64,000 bases of DNA from Paragordius varius (lineage: Eukaryota > Animalia > Nematomorpha): NCBI GenBank assembly GCA_964247055.1, contig OZ176050.1, positions 4,650,001 through 4,714,000 on the forward strand. Direction: 5' to 3'. The notes beneath the pieces were generated by a model. It was not told where the DNA came from. It saw only the letters and a program-made list of their open reading frames with translations, and ran no database searches. A program made the translations under genes and the position numbers. Numbering within the stretch: the stretch's first letter is position 1; each line of letters opens with the position of its first letter. Below, one piece after another: positions 1-13,423 of this stretch.

Positions 1-2537
1 AATTAATCAAATTGTTTGATCAAAAGGCAAACGATACAAGTCAAAATATAATTTCCGCTGATGATGATGAGCATAATATGGGTAATTTTTTATCACAAAA
101 AATTTATACATAATTTTGTTTATATGGTTAGAAAATATTATAAATGATATTTCTCCATTTTAGATCAACATTTGGCAGCACAAATAAATCCTTTGCAAAC
201 ATCGTTGGCCAATACATATCACACAAAAAAACAAAAAGCGAAACAATTAAAGGATATTGTAAGCTTTAATTCATTTTCCGAATTTTATAACATTTGAGTT
301 GCATATATTAAGGAAAAATATGTATCCACAATTTGATTATATTTTAAAAAATCTAAATAAAGGATAATATATTATATTAAATAAAATATCAGAGCTAAGC
401 TGATATAAAATTTAGATTTTTGTATACAATACTAAATAATTGATTAGTAATTACTCCAAATATAATAAAAAATTTAAATAAGATCCAAATTTTATTTACA
501 AAAAATAGGATCTTTACATCTTTTTTATTTTATTAAATTTTCAATTTGTGTTTATCATTATGAAATCTATATATATTTATAAAAATGTAAAGTGGTGGCT
601 TTATGATCTGTTTCCAGACGGTAGACCCATTCATATCCAAATGTCGAAAAAATATAATCATTAATTAATGGCCCGACAATAGCTTCGCCCTTTTTTTGGA
701 TTAGGCCCCCAGTTCGAGTTCACACCGTGTAAAAAACGGGTTTTTTGAAAACACAAGTCCACAAAAATCGTGTTTTTGAAACAATTTTCTCGAAAATTTG
801 TTGGGCCGTTTGATTTCAAATATGATTTTTTTACTTATTTTCGATTGCGCCGAACATAGTCGCGCTTTTTTAATTTAGGCCCTCTTTTTACCCGCTTCCC
901 CCGTAATATGCCATTTTTTCAAAAAACAAAGTCCACAAAAATAATTTTTTGATTCTATTTTTCGCTCAAGGTATGAGACCGTAAAAATTTAATAAGGACT
1001 CCAGGTATTCCCTGTTAAAAGGCAAAAATTTTAGTCAAGCGTTTCTTTGAAGATAGCCGCTGGGTAAGGAGATACCCGCTAAAAACTGACCTGTCATATC
1101 GAAATGGCGTGCCTTTAGGGCTAATTTTCAGAAAACCTATCAGGCCATATGAGTTCGATAACTGCTTAAATTATTACCCGTAACAAGGCAAAAATTTAGA
1201 TCGTGCGGTTTTTTTAAAATTAGCCGTTAGGCCTTGAGGCAATTTTTCCAAAAACTAATGAGAACATATGGAATCAATCATGATTCCAGGTATTCTCCGT
1301 AAAAAGGCAAAAATTAAATTTACGCGCTTTTTTGTATCAGCCTCCGGCTAGGTAGCCACCCGCCTAAAACTGCGCCACCATATCGAAATTGCGTTGTTTA
1401 GGAGTTAATTTTCAGAAAACTTATCAGGCCATATAAGTTTAATAAGGGCCTGAAATATTACCCGTAAAAAGTCAATAAGTCGACCGGTGTTTTGCCCTAA
1501 AAATGCGCTATCATTGAACTATTATTTAGTTTATAGCCATTCTTCCAAAAACTATTTAGAACATATGGATTAGATGATGATTCCAGGTATTCCCTTTAAA
1601 GCTAAAAATATTTTATCGAACGTCTTTTTTTATATTGGCCTCTGTGTAGGGGGCTACCCGCGTAAAAATGCGTCACTATATCGATACAGCATGCTTTTGG
1701 AGCCAAATTTCAGAAAACTTATGAGACTATGTTAGTTCAATAAGGACCTAAAATATTTATTACCCTTTAAAAAACAAATATTTTAGTATAGTGGGTTATT
1801 TCAATGAGGCCTATGGGTAGGGGTCTACTGGTTTTGAACTGAGACGCCATATAAGAATGGCGTGGTTTTGCTAATTTTCAAAAAACTTAAGAAGCCATAC
1901 GAGTTCACCAATGGCTTTAAATATTATCCATAAAAAAGGTAAAAATTATAGTTTATCGTTTTTTTCCGTTAGCTGTCAATTTGGGGCCTTTACACCCGTA
2001 AACAATATATTAGTATGAATGTATCGTTTTGAAAATTCTATGAAATCATACCTATTTAATAATGTTTCGAAATAATCCACATATATGGATCATTTTATTA
2101 ATCCCTTTTTTCAAACAGCCCCCCCCCCCCCCGTCCCCCTTCAAAAAAAGTCCGAAGGACTTCCTCGGGCTGTGTAGAAGCACGAGATTTACGCTAGTTA
2201 GAAATAAAATAATTATTTTTTATATGTTCAGTTTATGAGTAAATTTATATATATATATATATATATATATTTGAATGCGATTGATAGATTGAAAACTGTC
2301 CAGCCCATACTTTTCCTGACATTTCTGATTTCTCATTGGCCGTTATGGAAAGTCAACTTAAACCTGCCAAAGTTCAAGATTCCAAGCATAAGAAAATTGA
2401 CTTACACAATCAAATCTATGATAAATTGGAACAAGATAACGAAAATTACATACGAAAACAGTAAAAAAATATTTTTAGTTTTGTTCTTAGGATAAGATAC
2501 ATAATCAAATAAGTATTGTATGCTAAATTTTAATTAA

Positions 2538-2571
<34 letters not shown>

Positions 2572-3055
2572 ATGATGAATAACCCTGTATAAGCCTTTTA
2601 TATTTACATTCTTAACTTTGTAATGTTAGCCCTAAATTGTTTCGATTTGCTTTGTTCATAATTAACAGACATCGGTATTATAAGGATGCAAAATATAGTT
2701 TTTTGCATTCACTATTCAGTGGATGATTTATTTTTAATACTATAACCGAGTAGGGTATTTTATTTTTGCATATTGCTTTAAATACCATTGCTTTTTTATC
2801 TTATATCTTTTAAAAATATTTAGACCCAAAATATCGAAATCGGAACGTATAATAAATAATATCAATAATATCGAAAATACATTAATATCCGATATTTTCG
2901 AAAAGTTGGATAAAATATCTCTGGACGATTTAAATACAAATAAGAAAAAACGCAATAAAAAATTGAAAATTCATGCTGATGAATCACAGATTGTCGACGA
3001 AAATATCAATCATTACCACCATTCATTCGAAAATGTTATAAAAGCAATTTTTTAG
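1..3055 (+). CDS. 3' part of an unrecognised protein-coding gene (5' end outside the window)
   Basis: Phase-consistent GT-AG exons <1..81, 164..258, 2288..2460, 2824..3055(TAG) give ...KLFDQKANDTSQNIISADDDEHNMDQHLAAQINPLQTSLANTYHTKKQKAKQLKDIIENCPAHTFPDISDF...ENVIKAIF*. No domain recognised. The track ORFs 2235(+) and 2740(-) are off-frame or antisense shadows of these exons. Confidence 0.7.
566..2197 (+). mobile_element. Non-autonomous Helitron, copy 1 (in the intron of the first gene)
   Basis: Starts A|TCTATATATATTTATAAAAATG at 566 and ends CTAG|T at 2197. Hairpins GAAGTCC-GAA-GGACTTC and CTCGGGCT-N7-AGCACGAG lie just before the end. Both termini match the copies at 27444 and 28784. Confidence 0.85.
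1001..1940 (+). repeat. Degenerate ~290-bp tandem array inside Helitron copy 1
   Basis: CCAGGTATTC recurs at 1001, 1286 and 1583; TTTCA(G/A)AAAAC recurs near 1125, 1409, 1708 and 1875 (three units plus a partial fourth). Confidence 0.75.
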
Positions 3056-3548
3056 TTAATAAATTTGTCAAAATATTATTTGTATATTCTACTATATTTT
3101 TTGGATATTTATAAAACTTAAAGGTTAGACTAGATAAGAGCTAAAAGGCAATTATAATAGGGCAAATTTTATATAAATAAAATATTTTTTCATTGGAAAA
3201 TTGTAAAATTATATGAAAATATTTCATGGTTCGAGGAAATATTTGCTTGCCAAAATTTTTACTTTTAACTGTTGCATATAACTCTTTAATATCTAAATGA
3301 TTTCCAAACTATTTATGTTTTGTTAAATCAATGGCGTTTGATGTTAGGTAAAATGATATATTAAGTTTGATAAAAATTCGAAAATTAATTAATTTTAGTA
3401 ACTTCGATGTTATTTCCGTGAGAAATCAAATTTTAAAGTATATTAAACAGAAATTATTTAATGAATGTTTGTTTTGTTTAATATTAAATGTATCCAATAA
3501 ATATTGCACATTATTGAGATCATAAGATTTGGGTTGTATGTATTTGTT

Positions 3549-6500
3549 TTAATTTTTTGAAATAGTTTCCAAGATCCAATCGACATATAAAGGGACTCGG
3601 GTGTATACTCCGGGTAATCTATATGTAATTATAAATTTGAATAATAAATATAATAAATCGCTAATTTTAATTATTATCGTGAATATTTTATCGTTTAATG
3701 CTGCAGGGGTGTCCGATTCGCGGCCCTCCCAAATATTTTGTGTGGGGTCCACGGAAAATATATAAAAATGTATACAGATTCAATGAATTCAATATGCTAT
3801 TTACACTTGACAAAATTGGCATTTCTAAATATATAATCTGAACAACTTTTTAAATTTTGGCCACGAACTAGCGAAACATGGAAAAATAATTAGTGGTTTT
3901 ATTGCATAACTTTTTACAATCTTATGAAAGAAATCCAATAAAATATTATAAATGCTCCTAAACTTTTCGAATACGGCCCGCCGGTTTTTTGAGTCGAAAA
4001 TGTGGCCCTAGAGGCCATATGTGTTATGCACCACTGGTCTAATGATTGATAAACCAGTTAAAATTACAACAAAAATTATCTTTATAGCGCCATAATCAAT
4101 ATGAAAGGTTACGCTCCTTATTTTTATAGCAAATTCGTGAGTTTAAAATAATTTACGATAAATAAAAAAATATGTATGAATTTAAACTTTGGCTCTGCAC
4201 ATAAGATTCCCCAACTAACTATTCCCATAATTGTCCATGAACCTTGATAATTTTTACATAGCAAAGGGCCTCCACTGTCACCCTAATATAATGAAAAAAT
4301 TATAAGTTTAAATTTAAACGGCGAACGACTCTCTTTAACTAATTCCATAAAAAATCAGTTAAAAATAATTTAAACTATCATTTTACTTGGCAAGCATCTT
4401 TTTTGCCTTCTTCATACCCAGCGCACATCATGCTATCCTTGATTTGAATGTCTGAGTTTCGAAACCATTCATTGCATATTCGATTACTCAGGATAGGTAA
4501 ACCGACATCGTGCAAATGGTTTGCGTAATGATAATTTTCTATAACAAATATCCTTATATTATTCAAATTAAAATAAATAATTATAAAATGGAAGGATGCA
4601 CAAATCCTGCCATATAATTAACTGAAGAAATAAGTTATCCGAAAAATACATAAATAGAAGCTAAATCTTTTTATTGGGATAAGATAACGTGGATTTATTT
4701 AAGTCTCTACTAACATTAACTAGTTTTTTGATATGATGCAAAAAAAGTTAAATCACAATTAACAAACTTAATCATGATGATGAAAAAATTAATCTATTTG
4801 TCTTTACGTACCTTTGGATTTGGTGCGACCCCAACCGGCAACATGACACATAGTTCCTTCTTCCGGATAAAAGTTTGGTGATGGAAGGCATACCGGTTGT
4901 ACGCGCGTGTTAAAAATTATATCTTTCGGTAACTATTGACATCAAAATTAAATTTATTCAAGTTTTTTGTTAAAACTAAATTCAAACCAATATTATTTTT
5001 ATTATACTTTGCACAATATATAATCAAATTGTTTATATTTTTCTTTGTTAATACTGACTTTGATAAGCGCAATATCGTTTTCGTTTGCACCTCGGATAAA
5101 ATTTGGGTGCTTTATAAGTTTTGCTGCATTGAATATTTGACGCATTGGGTTGTAAGATGGACGGCGGTCATCACTTATTTTTACCATGAATTGTTGTGGA
5201 TTGCTCTGACTAATATTGGAATTCACATAAATAAAAAAAGATTTTTTACAATATCATCCTAAAAGAAATTTTGGCACCGGTTCAGGTGTTTTTGGTCAAA
5301 TAATTTTCCTTTAGGTTCTTTATTACAGATATCCTGATTTTTTATACAATGAGAATCAGCCGCAAAAATACAAGCTATACTTTCATTTTTACTAACCAAT
5401 GAATAAGGTAATGAACATGTAAAAAAATGGACAAAAATTTAAAAAACATTCAAGAAACATAGTTTTGGTTTTAAAAAAGTTTGGGTCCACGGTTCCTATT
5501 TCAAAAATTTCCGGTTTCGTTATTAAATAAACGATTCCAGTTCCAATCCCCTGGCTGAAGTGTATAAATTTACGTACTGCTTTTAGAAAATATTTTATGT
5601 GATAATCTGAAACATAGTTTACTTTCCCAAACAATGTGCTGCTGTGAGTATCCATCGGCGATCCAAAATACTCCCAATGCAAAAGTAGACTTCACGAGAA
5701 CCTCCATATATGGATACAACCCATGGCCAGGCTCCGATTTCAGAAATTTGACCACCAATGATTCTGCTTGTAGGTTTTTTAGGTTGATCATAATGGTACA
5801 CTTTACCACATACTAATAGAAAAACATATATGTTTATAGAGATTATCACCACATTATTTTTAAATGATTTATTCGAAAAAAAGGTTTATCGTTACAATAT
5901 ACAGTAAATTTTAAAGAAATATGGCATAAATGGCAAAAATTTAAGTTTGTAGATAAAAGGTTAAAGGATTCGCATGTTTAGAAATTTATGATAATAAAAA
6001 GTGAATTTTTGCCTTTTAAGTTGCGGCTTTATATTTAAAACATTGATTTTACATATAAAACACCTTTTTTTGAATTTCTTTTTTTAAGGAAAAATTTGGT
6101 AAAATTAAATAAAAATGTTATGAAAATGTTTTAGAGTTTTGGCTATATTGAATGACATTTGTATGAAACTCCTTTTACTTAATACCTGGTTCAACACATT
6201 CAAATAAATGGTCATGGCTTCCTCTCTCACACAGGGTGCGGCTATCGATATAATATATAAATTACATTAATTATATGTATTTATATTTTAATTGTAATAT
6301 TAAAATAACCAAATACTTATTCCGTAATTTATCCAGAGAGTTGGCAACATCTAAATCAGTGTGAATGTTGGCTTCGTACGGATCTTCGTTTATGTTATCG
6401 GAGTCGTGAGATTCCCTTTTCCAGGCACTCCCATAGTATAAAGATTTACTAAACAAAAAATAATTATGGCACAAATATTTGTTTTAATTTTAGATATTTT

Positions 6501-9500
6501 GCTTAATGTTGGTTATGGTATACAAATTTACCATAAGGTATAAAAGTATTGGTAAGAATCATTATTTGCTAATACCTGAAAAAAAATCATAGATATCTGA
6601 TAGTTTAAATAGTAAAATGGCTTAAAATGTAATTATTGATCAACCAAAAAACGTAAGGTCCAATATTTAAATTATATCGCCACTTCAAAAGCGTGGGAGA
6701 ATCAAAATCTTGTTGTTGAACTTTTGAAAAGGCGTTTAAAATACAAAAAAATTATCATGAATTTATCAAATTTAGCTGGTAACATATACGTGTATCCTTT
6801 TGCAAGACATATCGATTGTACATCGGATGTTACGTCAACCCATGGTTTGGTGCACAAAAGGTATAAACTATTTTTTGACTTTGCCAATAAAGAATGATGG
6901 AATATTGGTAAAGCTCTGGCGTTTAATTCTATATTTTTTGTTCATAAAATTTATGATAATATCAATAGGGTATATTAAAGTAAATTAATAGTCTCTAACA
7001 CGCGGCTCTCCAAAAATAGGGCCCGCGAAAACTTTTTAAAAAAAACAAATAATTACAACATTGAATCTCAGAATTATATGAATAAACTCAATCGGCAATG
7101 ATTTAATAGCAAAAATTGGTGAAATAAACAGTAATTATAATGTGTTTCCAATTTTATTACAGTCTTATGATTGAAATCTAACAAAATTTTTATTAGGGAC
7201 CATATATTGCTCCCCACAAAGGCATTTGGGTTGGACAACCCTGTATTAAATGTAACATATGTTAAAAAATTGGTTTTCATACGCTATAAAACAAAAATGG
7301 AACGATTAATTTACGTTTAGTGTAGGTCCAATTTTTCTTGAGTGAAATGTCACGATTAAGTGTAGAAAGAGTGGTCATTTCCGTTTTAGGTCCACAATTC
7401 CATTCGTCAGATTTATCTTTGCAATCGAATATACCATCACAAACCCAACTTCGATTTAAACAACGGTTTACATCGCACACAAATCCATTATCACATTCTA
7501 TCATAAATATATCATATCCAAATTCAAGTTATTATAAAAATTTATTTAGAGGTAAATAATTTGAAATGCTAAATGAAGGGTGAAATGGGTCATATGAATT
7601 TTCAAAGGATCAATTAAGATTAATCTGCTTATATAATACCCATAATACATCTTATCCAAGTCAATTAATTCCATTTTTAAATTTTATACTCCTTAAAAAT
7701 TTTTGAACATTGGATAATTATTGTTATTGTTTCCAATGTAACGGTAAATAATCCTAGCCTGATTGATGGTTGATTTGTTTATTTAAAAAATTTTATATTA
7801 AATATAACCGGCTTTTGTAGCCTAAGATAAAAATTACGGTTTATCTTCAACAATCCATAAAATAAATTAAAATTTTACTTTTTTTGTTGTGAAGTTTGAC
7901 TTCGCGGGCTCCAACACACACAAATGGATCCATACTTTCTTTCAATAATGAACAGTTTAATGGGACAGAAGGCACGTAAAACACATCATAAAAAAATGAA
8001 CAATGTTGATCGATTTCTATTCAACGCAAACATTTGAAAGTATTTTTAAATACAAATAATTGAATATATTAATGTTTTATATGGATTAGAGCAGTGGTAC
8101 TAACCAAAAAAATTGAAGCGCCGAAAAATATTTTTTGTCACAAGGCCTATAAAACCTATAAATATTTCATATAAGTACATCAAAAAATTTCTAGGACTGC
8201 GATGCGGCCCGTGGGCAGGGGTTTGAGGACCGCTGGATTGAAATTTAAAACCTAAAATTGGATTATTTTATCAAGATCAATTTCATTTTAAAGCTTGTAA
8301 AATGAAAAATCTAATCTTTTTACCCGATTATAATTTAATATTTAATATACTAATGGTATGCTTTAAAATTTAAACGTCTGTAAAATTCGACCGCAGTCTT
8401 TACACTTCTTAGCAACATTTATTTGTCTGACCATCTTATATTTCGCTACATATATAAATAAATTCAAAATGAATAATATATTTATTTATAAATATTACAG
8501 TTAAATAAAAAGCACAACTTTAGGTTAAAACTGTTGAATCAATGATGAACTTTTACATTTTGATCATAACATTTTTTAAGCTAATAGGTTTATTAGCTAT
8601 AAAGTACAAAAATATATTCTTAACTGTACATATTTAGCAAATAAAGTTTATTTCAAAATTATGGGATAAAGAAATTATTAATCTAATTTATTTTTAAAAT
8701 CTCCACAATTTTATATTTATCAATTTAAAATTGTTTATATATACTTATGAGACTATATAAAAATATGTTTTATGGATGATTCATTTAATATAGTGGCACA
8801 CTTTTGAAAATAGCGTATAATGTACAAAAATATTTACTTTCCAAGGTGTACATAATTTATTCGCTAACAAATTTATATGTGCATAATATATGCAGATATT
8901 TAAACTATTTTTTCGTTGTTTTAGTAATGCAATATAATTTATTATTTTAATTTTATATTTGGTACTTTTCATAAATATATTTCCTGGTTCATATTGAACA
9001 AAATAAATGAGACTTAAGGTTTATATTAGCGATTACATTTTGAAAAACTTGTAAAACAAAGCACAATGCCTGACAAAGCCTAAAATTGATATAAATTTTA
9101 GTAAAAAATATTAAAATTTAAATTACCTGCCTAAGAATGGTACTTTTTAATAAAACTATATAAAATGTTCATAAATTAAAGGTATACCCTCGTAATATAT
9201 GTTACTCAATATAAACCCCAAGTAACTTAACTTATAAATGTGAGTTTTTAATAATTAATTTCTTAAGACTTTTCCAGCGTTTTATTTATTCCCATATATG
9301 TATATACCTTCACACAAGCTCCGACAAGGTAATATTGGTTGACCATCACTTCCGCACCGTGGTGCAAGCATAGAACAGAAAAAAAGAAAAGCCAGCGAAT
9401 GACACCCCAATCCAAACACAGGGCTATAAACTTTGAGATGGTTCCACACTTCAGTTTGGCTTTTGTGACCATATGCATTGGGCATTACGGTTCCATTGTA

Positions 9501-11615
9501 TGGGAATATGAGACATGGGATAACTAACATTTGAGTACAGCTGGGGTGTGCTTTGGTCCGTAAAGCTTGACGCAATAAGGTTTGGATAGTGTGCAATTTT
9601 TCTCGATAGGCTTCAGCCTGTGCAATTGCGGCGCTACTATTGATGATACTACCTTCAGACGCACCAAAACTCCCATTGGTCAAGAATTGTTCCGGGGGTT
9701 TTATTGGTTGTTGCTGTAGTGTGCTATTTATGTAAGCCAAAGTTTCATCATACTCGGTGGTTTCGTTGAGGAAGGCATCTATCGACTCCTCTCCCAAATA
9801 ATTTTCGACAAAATTATTGTTGGGTTTAACTCCGCCCAAACCATTCGTCGTAGACGGTGTTGGAGGTACAGTCATTGCCCAAAATTTATTGATCCATTCT
9901 TGAGGGCTTATATTGTTATTGAAGCTATTGTTGGCACTTATTAACATCCATGGAGGCATAAAATAATAATAGGGTAGTGTTAATGCATTGGGATAGTATA
10001 ACAACTGTCCCATATTGTTAATAAACGGTTGTTGTGTCCTGTTGTCATGTGATAAAATTGGAGTGTCTGAATAAATTGGATGATTCCATAACTCAAACGG
10101 TGCTAAAAGGGATGCTACTAAGGCAGAATTATTAGTATTTGGGTAATAAAAGTTTGTAGTTGGGGATATGTGATGTGACATTTTATTCCGAAATGTGGTA
10201 TATTGCCAAACTATAACATTTCACAAAGCATGAATAATAATCATAAATATTATAGCTTAAGGTACCGTATGCCATAAAAATATTATTTATTCCTTACACC
10301 GTTATGCATAACAAATTTTCACTTTTTTTCATAATATTATTTATCAATAAAGGTAAATGTACTTTTATCATGAAAAATGTTCAACATACTAATGTTTAAT
10401 AGCTACAAAATAATTAATTACTTTATATTTTTCAAAACCAATATATTTAAAAAAATTGTTATATCTACCTGCAAAGCACACAATGAATATGGAGATAAGG
10501 CATAACAGTAGAAACATAAGAATGACAATACATCGAAATAATTGTGTCAACTTGACCAAGTTGTCGGAAAGCAGGGAAAATCTTTTAATTCGAACGGTTC
10601 TTTCTTGACTCCGTGGATCTGTTGGCGGGAATGTAGATGGATAAATGGTTTGGTTATTGGAATTACTGTTCGTTACTAAATGAGTTTTAATTGGAGAATT
10701 ATCCTTTATATTGCATTTAGCAGTGTGTGAAGGATCCTTTGTCTCATTATGAAAAAAGTTATTTTGTAGGGATAAATGATGAGATTGTTTGAGCTTATCA
10801 ACCGAGGGATTGAAAAAAAGCGATTTCGCCATCTTGAATTTACTGTCCCTATCTCCACACAAATTATCATTGTGTCGAGCAGGAGTTTTATTTAGTTGCC
10901 CCAAAAATTGGGGTATTCCACCCGTTAATAAAGATGTTTTTGCATTTGTAAGTTTGGTCAACAAACTTAACCGAGGCCTTTTTGAATCAATAGTATACGA
11001 TGTATGCGAAATGTCTGACCTGTTAACTGGCTCAGAAAACCGTGATTTAGGTAAAGATTTCGCAACTAATGTAGATGCCTGAGATATTAATGGTACAAAC
11101 ACTGTTTGTGGTTCATTTTCATAATCCTTATTACATTTATGATCATATATATTGTTGTTATTGGCCTTTTTAGTTTTAACGTCGGCAGATATAATTAAAG
11201 GATTAGAATTACTCTTTGTCACATCATTCATTACAGTTGTTGGGGGTGATGTTAGTCGTTCCATATTGAGCAATAGAGGTCTATGTGAATCAGTAGACAA
11301 TGCAGAATCTGGCGTTATTAGATGATGATATTCTGTGCTGTAAACCTTTTCGGGTAATTCCATATCGTTGTTCGGACTTTTCATCAAGATTGTTTTAGAG
11401 ACGGATTTTACATCTTTGTGTGTGGGAGAACTATTTTCACATTCAATGTGAATATCATTGTTGCAATTTATATTTTCAGTTGATGACAAAGGCTGCTTGA
11501 ATACTTTGAAAGGAGTTAAAGGTGTTTCATTAACTGGCAAACCACCACCAACACCACATTTTTGCAAATTCCCCAGAGAGGCTTTGGAAGATATATGGTT
11601 AACATAAGCTGACAT
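3549..11615 (-). CDS. Corin-like type II transmembrane serine protease (TM, Frizzled CRD, LDLa, SRCR-like, trypsin), 1158 aa by this model
   Basis: 13 exons, all phases consistent: 11615-10469, 10210-9308, 8016-7879, 7497-7315, 6928-6790, 6448-6317, 6241-6186, 5812-5623, 5209-5059, 4932-4812, 4538-4387, 4282-4188, 3618-3549. Motifs: TM ([23 protein letters not shown]), Fz CRD ([10 protein letters not shown]...[10 protein letters not shown]...PCRSLCE), LDLa ([34 protein letters not shown]), activation site R|IIGG, catalytic TAAHC / DIAL / GDSGGP, S1 Asp in KDACQ. Confidence 0.9.
3704..4036. mobile_element. hAT (Buster/Charlie-like) MITE remnant in the last Corin-like intron
   Basis: Termini CAGGGGTGTCC and TGCACCACTG; flanks GTTTAATG(ctg) and GTCTAATG resemble an nnnTAnnn 8-bp TSD; interior (TTTTGGCCACGAACTAGCGAAAC) matches the 18332 copy in the opposite orientation. 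Confidence 0.6.
6990..7243. mobile_element. Degenerate hAT MITE remnant
   Basis: Right terminus TTGGACAACCCTG followed by TATTAAAT; internal GGGCCCGCG motif; left end degraded, so the start coordinate is approximate. Confidence 0.4.
8092..8235. mobile_element. 144-bp hAT MITE related to the 59919-62775 element
   Basis: Left CAGTGGTACTAACCAAAAAAATTGA and right GATGCGGCCCGTGGGCAGGGGTTTGAGGACCGCTG match the two ends of the large hAT; TSD degraded (GATTAGAG / GATTGAAA). Confidence 0.7.
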
Positions 11616-13423
11616 TCTTTGTTTTACTCTGTGTCACAGTTTAGTCCTTTGAGTTCTTTACAAATGTTATTTCGTTTGGTTTAATAATTATATTTTTCGT
11701 CGTAACTCCTCTTATTGAATTAAATGAGTAGATATAGCGTGTGCGTTTGGTGGTAAAATGACAGTTTTTTAGCTTTGAAACAAATATATGCATAAAACGT
11801 TAAATTTAATCAACAAAATTTTTTTGATATACCACAAAATAGTAAAAGTACTACCTGATATTAACAAACATCTCATAAATTATTTAAAGTTAAAACGTAT
11901 ATAGGTAGGTAGATGGAGAAATATTTAAAATGGAGACGCTTGGTGTGATTCTCCAATCCAATATAAAGAGAATCACACAAAAAATTAAATAACACAAATA
12001 TTAGTTAAATCCTAATTTACAGTGCAAATAAAAAAGAGTGCAGAATATATAATATTGCATAAATTTTTTCCGTGTATGACAAATTACTAAGAAAAGGTAT
12101 ATAATATATATCAAGAAAAAATAAAAAGACACACTTCATTTTAGATGATACATAATTTTTTATGAAAAATAAACGAAAATAGGATATACTATATATTGTA
12201 AGTAAATCAAAATTAATTTAATTAACTCATAATTTATTTTATATATATATGTAACGGTTTTTACAGGTGTCAATATATTATATACATATTGTTTGATTTA
12301 AAGTTAATGGCTAAAATTTATGATTTTAAGTTTTATAACAATACTAAGGAATGAATGATAAATGATGAAAATCAATTAGGCCACAGGTAGTGGAAAATAT
12401 ATATTATATATATTAGTATCCGTTGCATATAAATTTGGCAGCATTTTTTCCATTATAAATTTTACTATTTTATTACAGAAAAGGATTATATATATATATA
12501 TATATATATATTTTATATAAAGTATACCTCTTAATGCGAATCAATAATATAAGTAATATTGTTTAATAAACACTGATATATAAGTAGGTATAATGAATGA
12601 TTTTAGTTTGGATGTTAGAAAAAATATTTTATCTGCTATATAAATGATGATTAAACAAATATTCAATACGAACAAATAATGTACAAAATTATAAACTAGG
12701 CATAGTTTTTATATTACAAAGGGCCAATCAACGGAAATGAAACACTGAAGGTAAAATTAATTAAATATTTCTTATATATATAAATGATACAAACAAATAA
12801 AAAATATTAACAGGTATTCTCCCAATCGATTTTTGATTAATTTTCAATTATGAAATCATGAGCAGACACCACGTATTATTATATTATGTTTTATTAAATA
12901 TTCTTTATATTATTGTGTTTAAATTATGTAATTATATATATATATTGTAAACAATGGATTTAGCATATTCTCTATAATTTTATTAGAAAATGTTATAAAT
13001 GGCGAACGAAAAAATCGAGGTTTTAAGACACATTTAAAAAATATACTAATCACAAAAATTAGAAAAAAAACTTTCAAAGTGTATTTTACGGGACAAATTT
13101 TTTTTAAAGCATCTATGATGGTAGGTAATGATTAATAAAGATTCATAATAAATTAAATATGCCTATATTTTATTAATATTTTAATGTAATTAAAAACCGA
13201 TAATATGCTATAATTGAAAATATTGATAGATATAGCCATGTTTAAAAACTTAATATTAGCAAATCAAACACAATATACTACCAATAAATATCTGTTCAAA
13301 ACCTGTATTATGAATTATTTAAGTTTAATAAATATAAAAAAAGATGTATTTAATTTATTATTTATATTGTTCAATAATAAACTACGCATAATAAATTTTA
13401 GGCATCAAACGATGAAATTATGG

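Noticed and set aside
5607-5622. Possible 16-nt intron GTAAACTATGTTTCAG followed by an in-frame 33-nt exon in the protease domain
   Set aside because: Without the extra exon [17 protein letters not shown] is already colinear with Corin HCFEGRENAAVWKVVLG; including it inserts 11 residues, and 16 nt is shorter than any supported intron.
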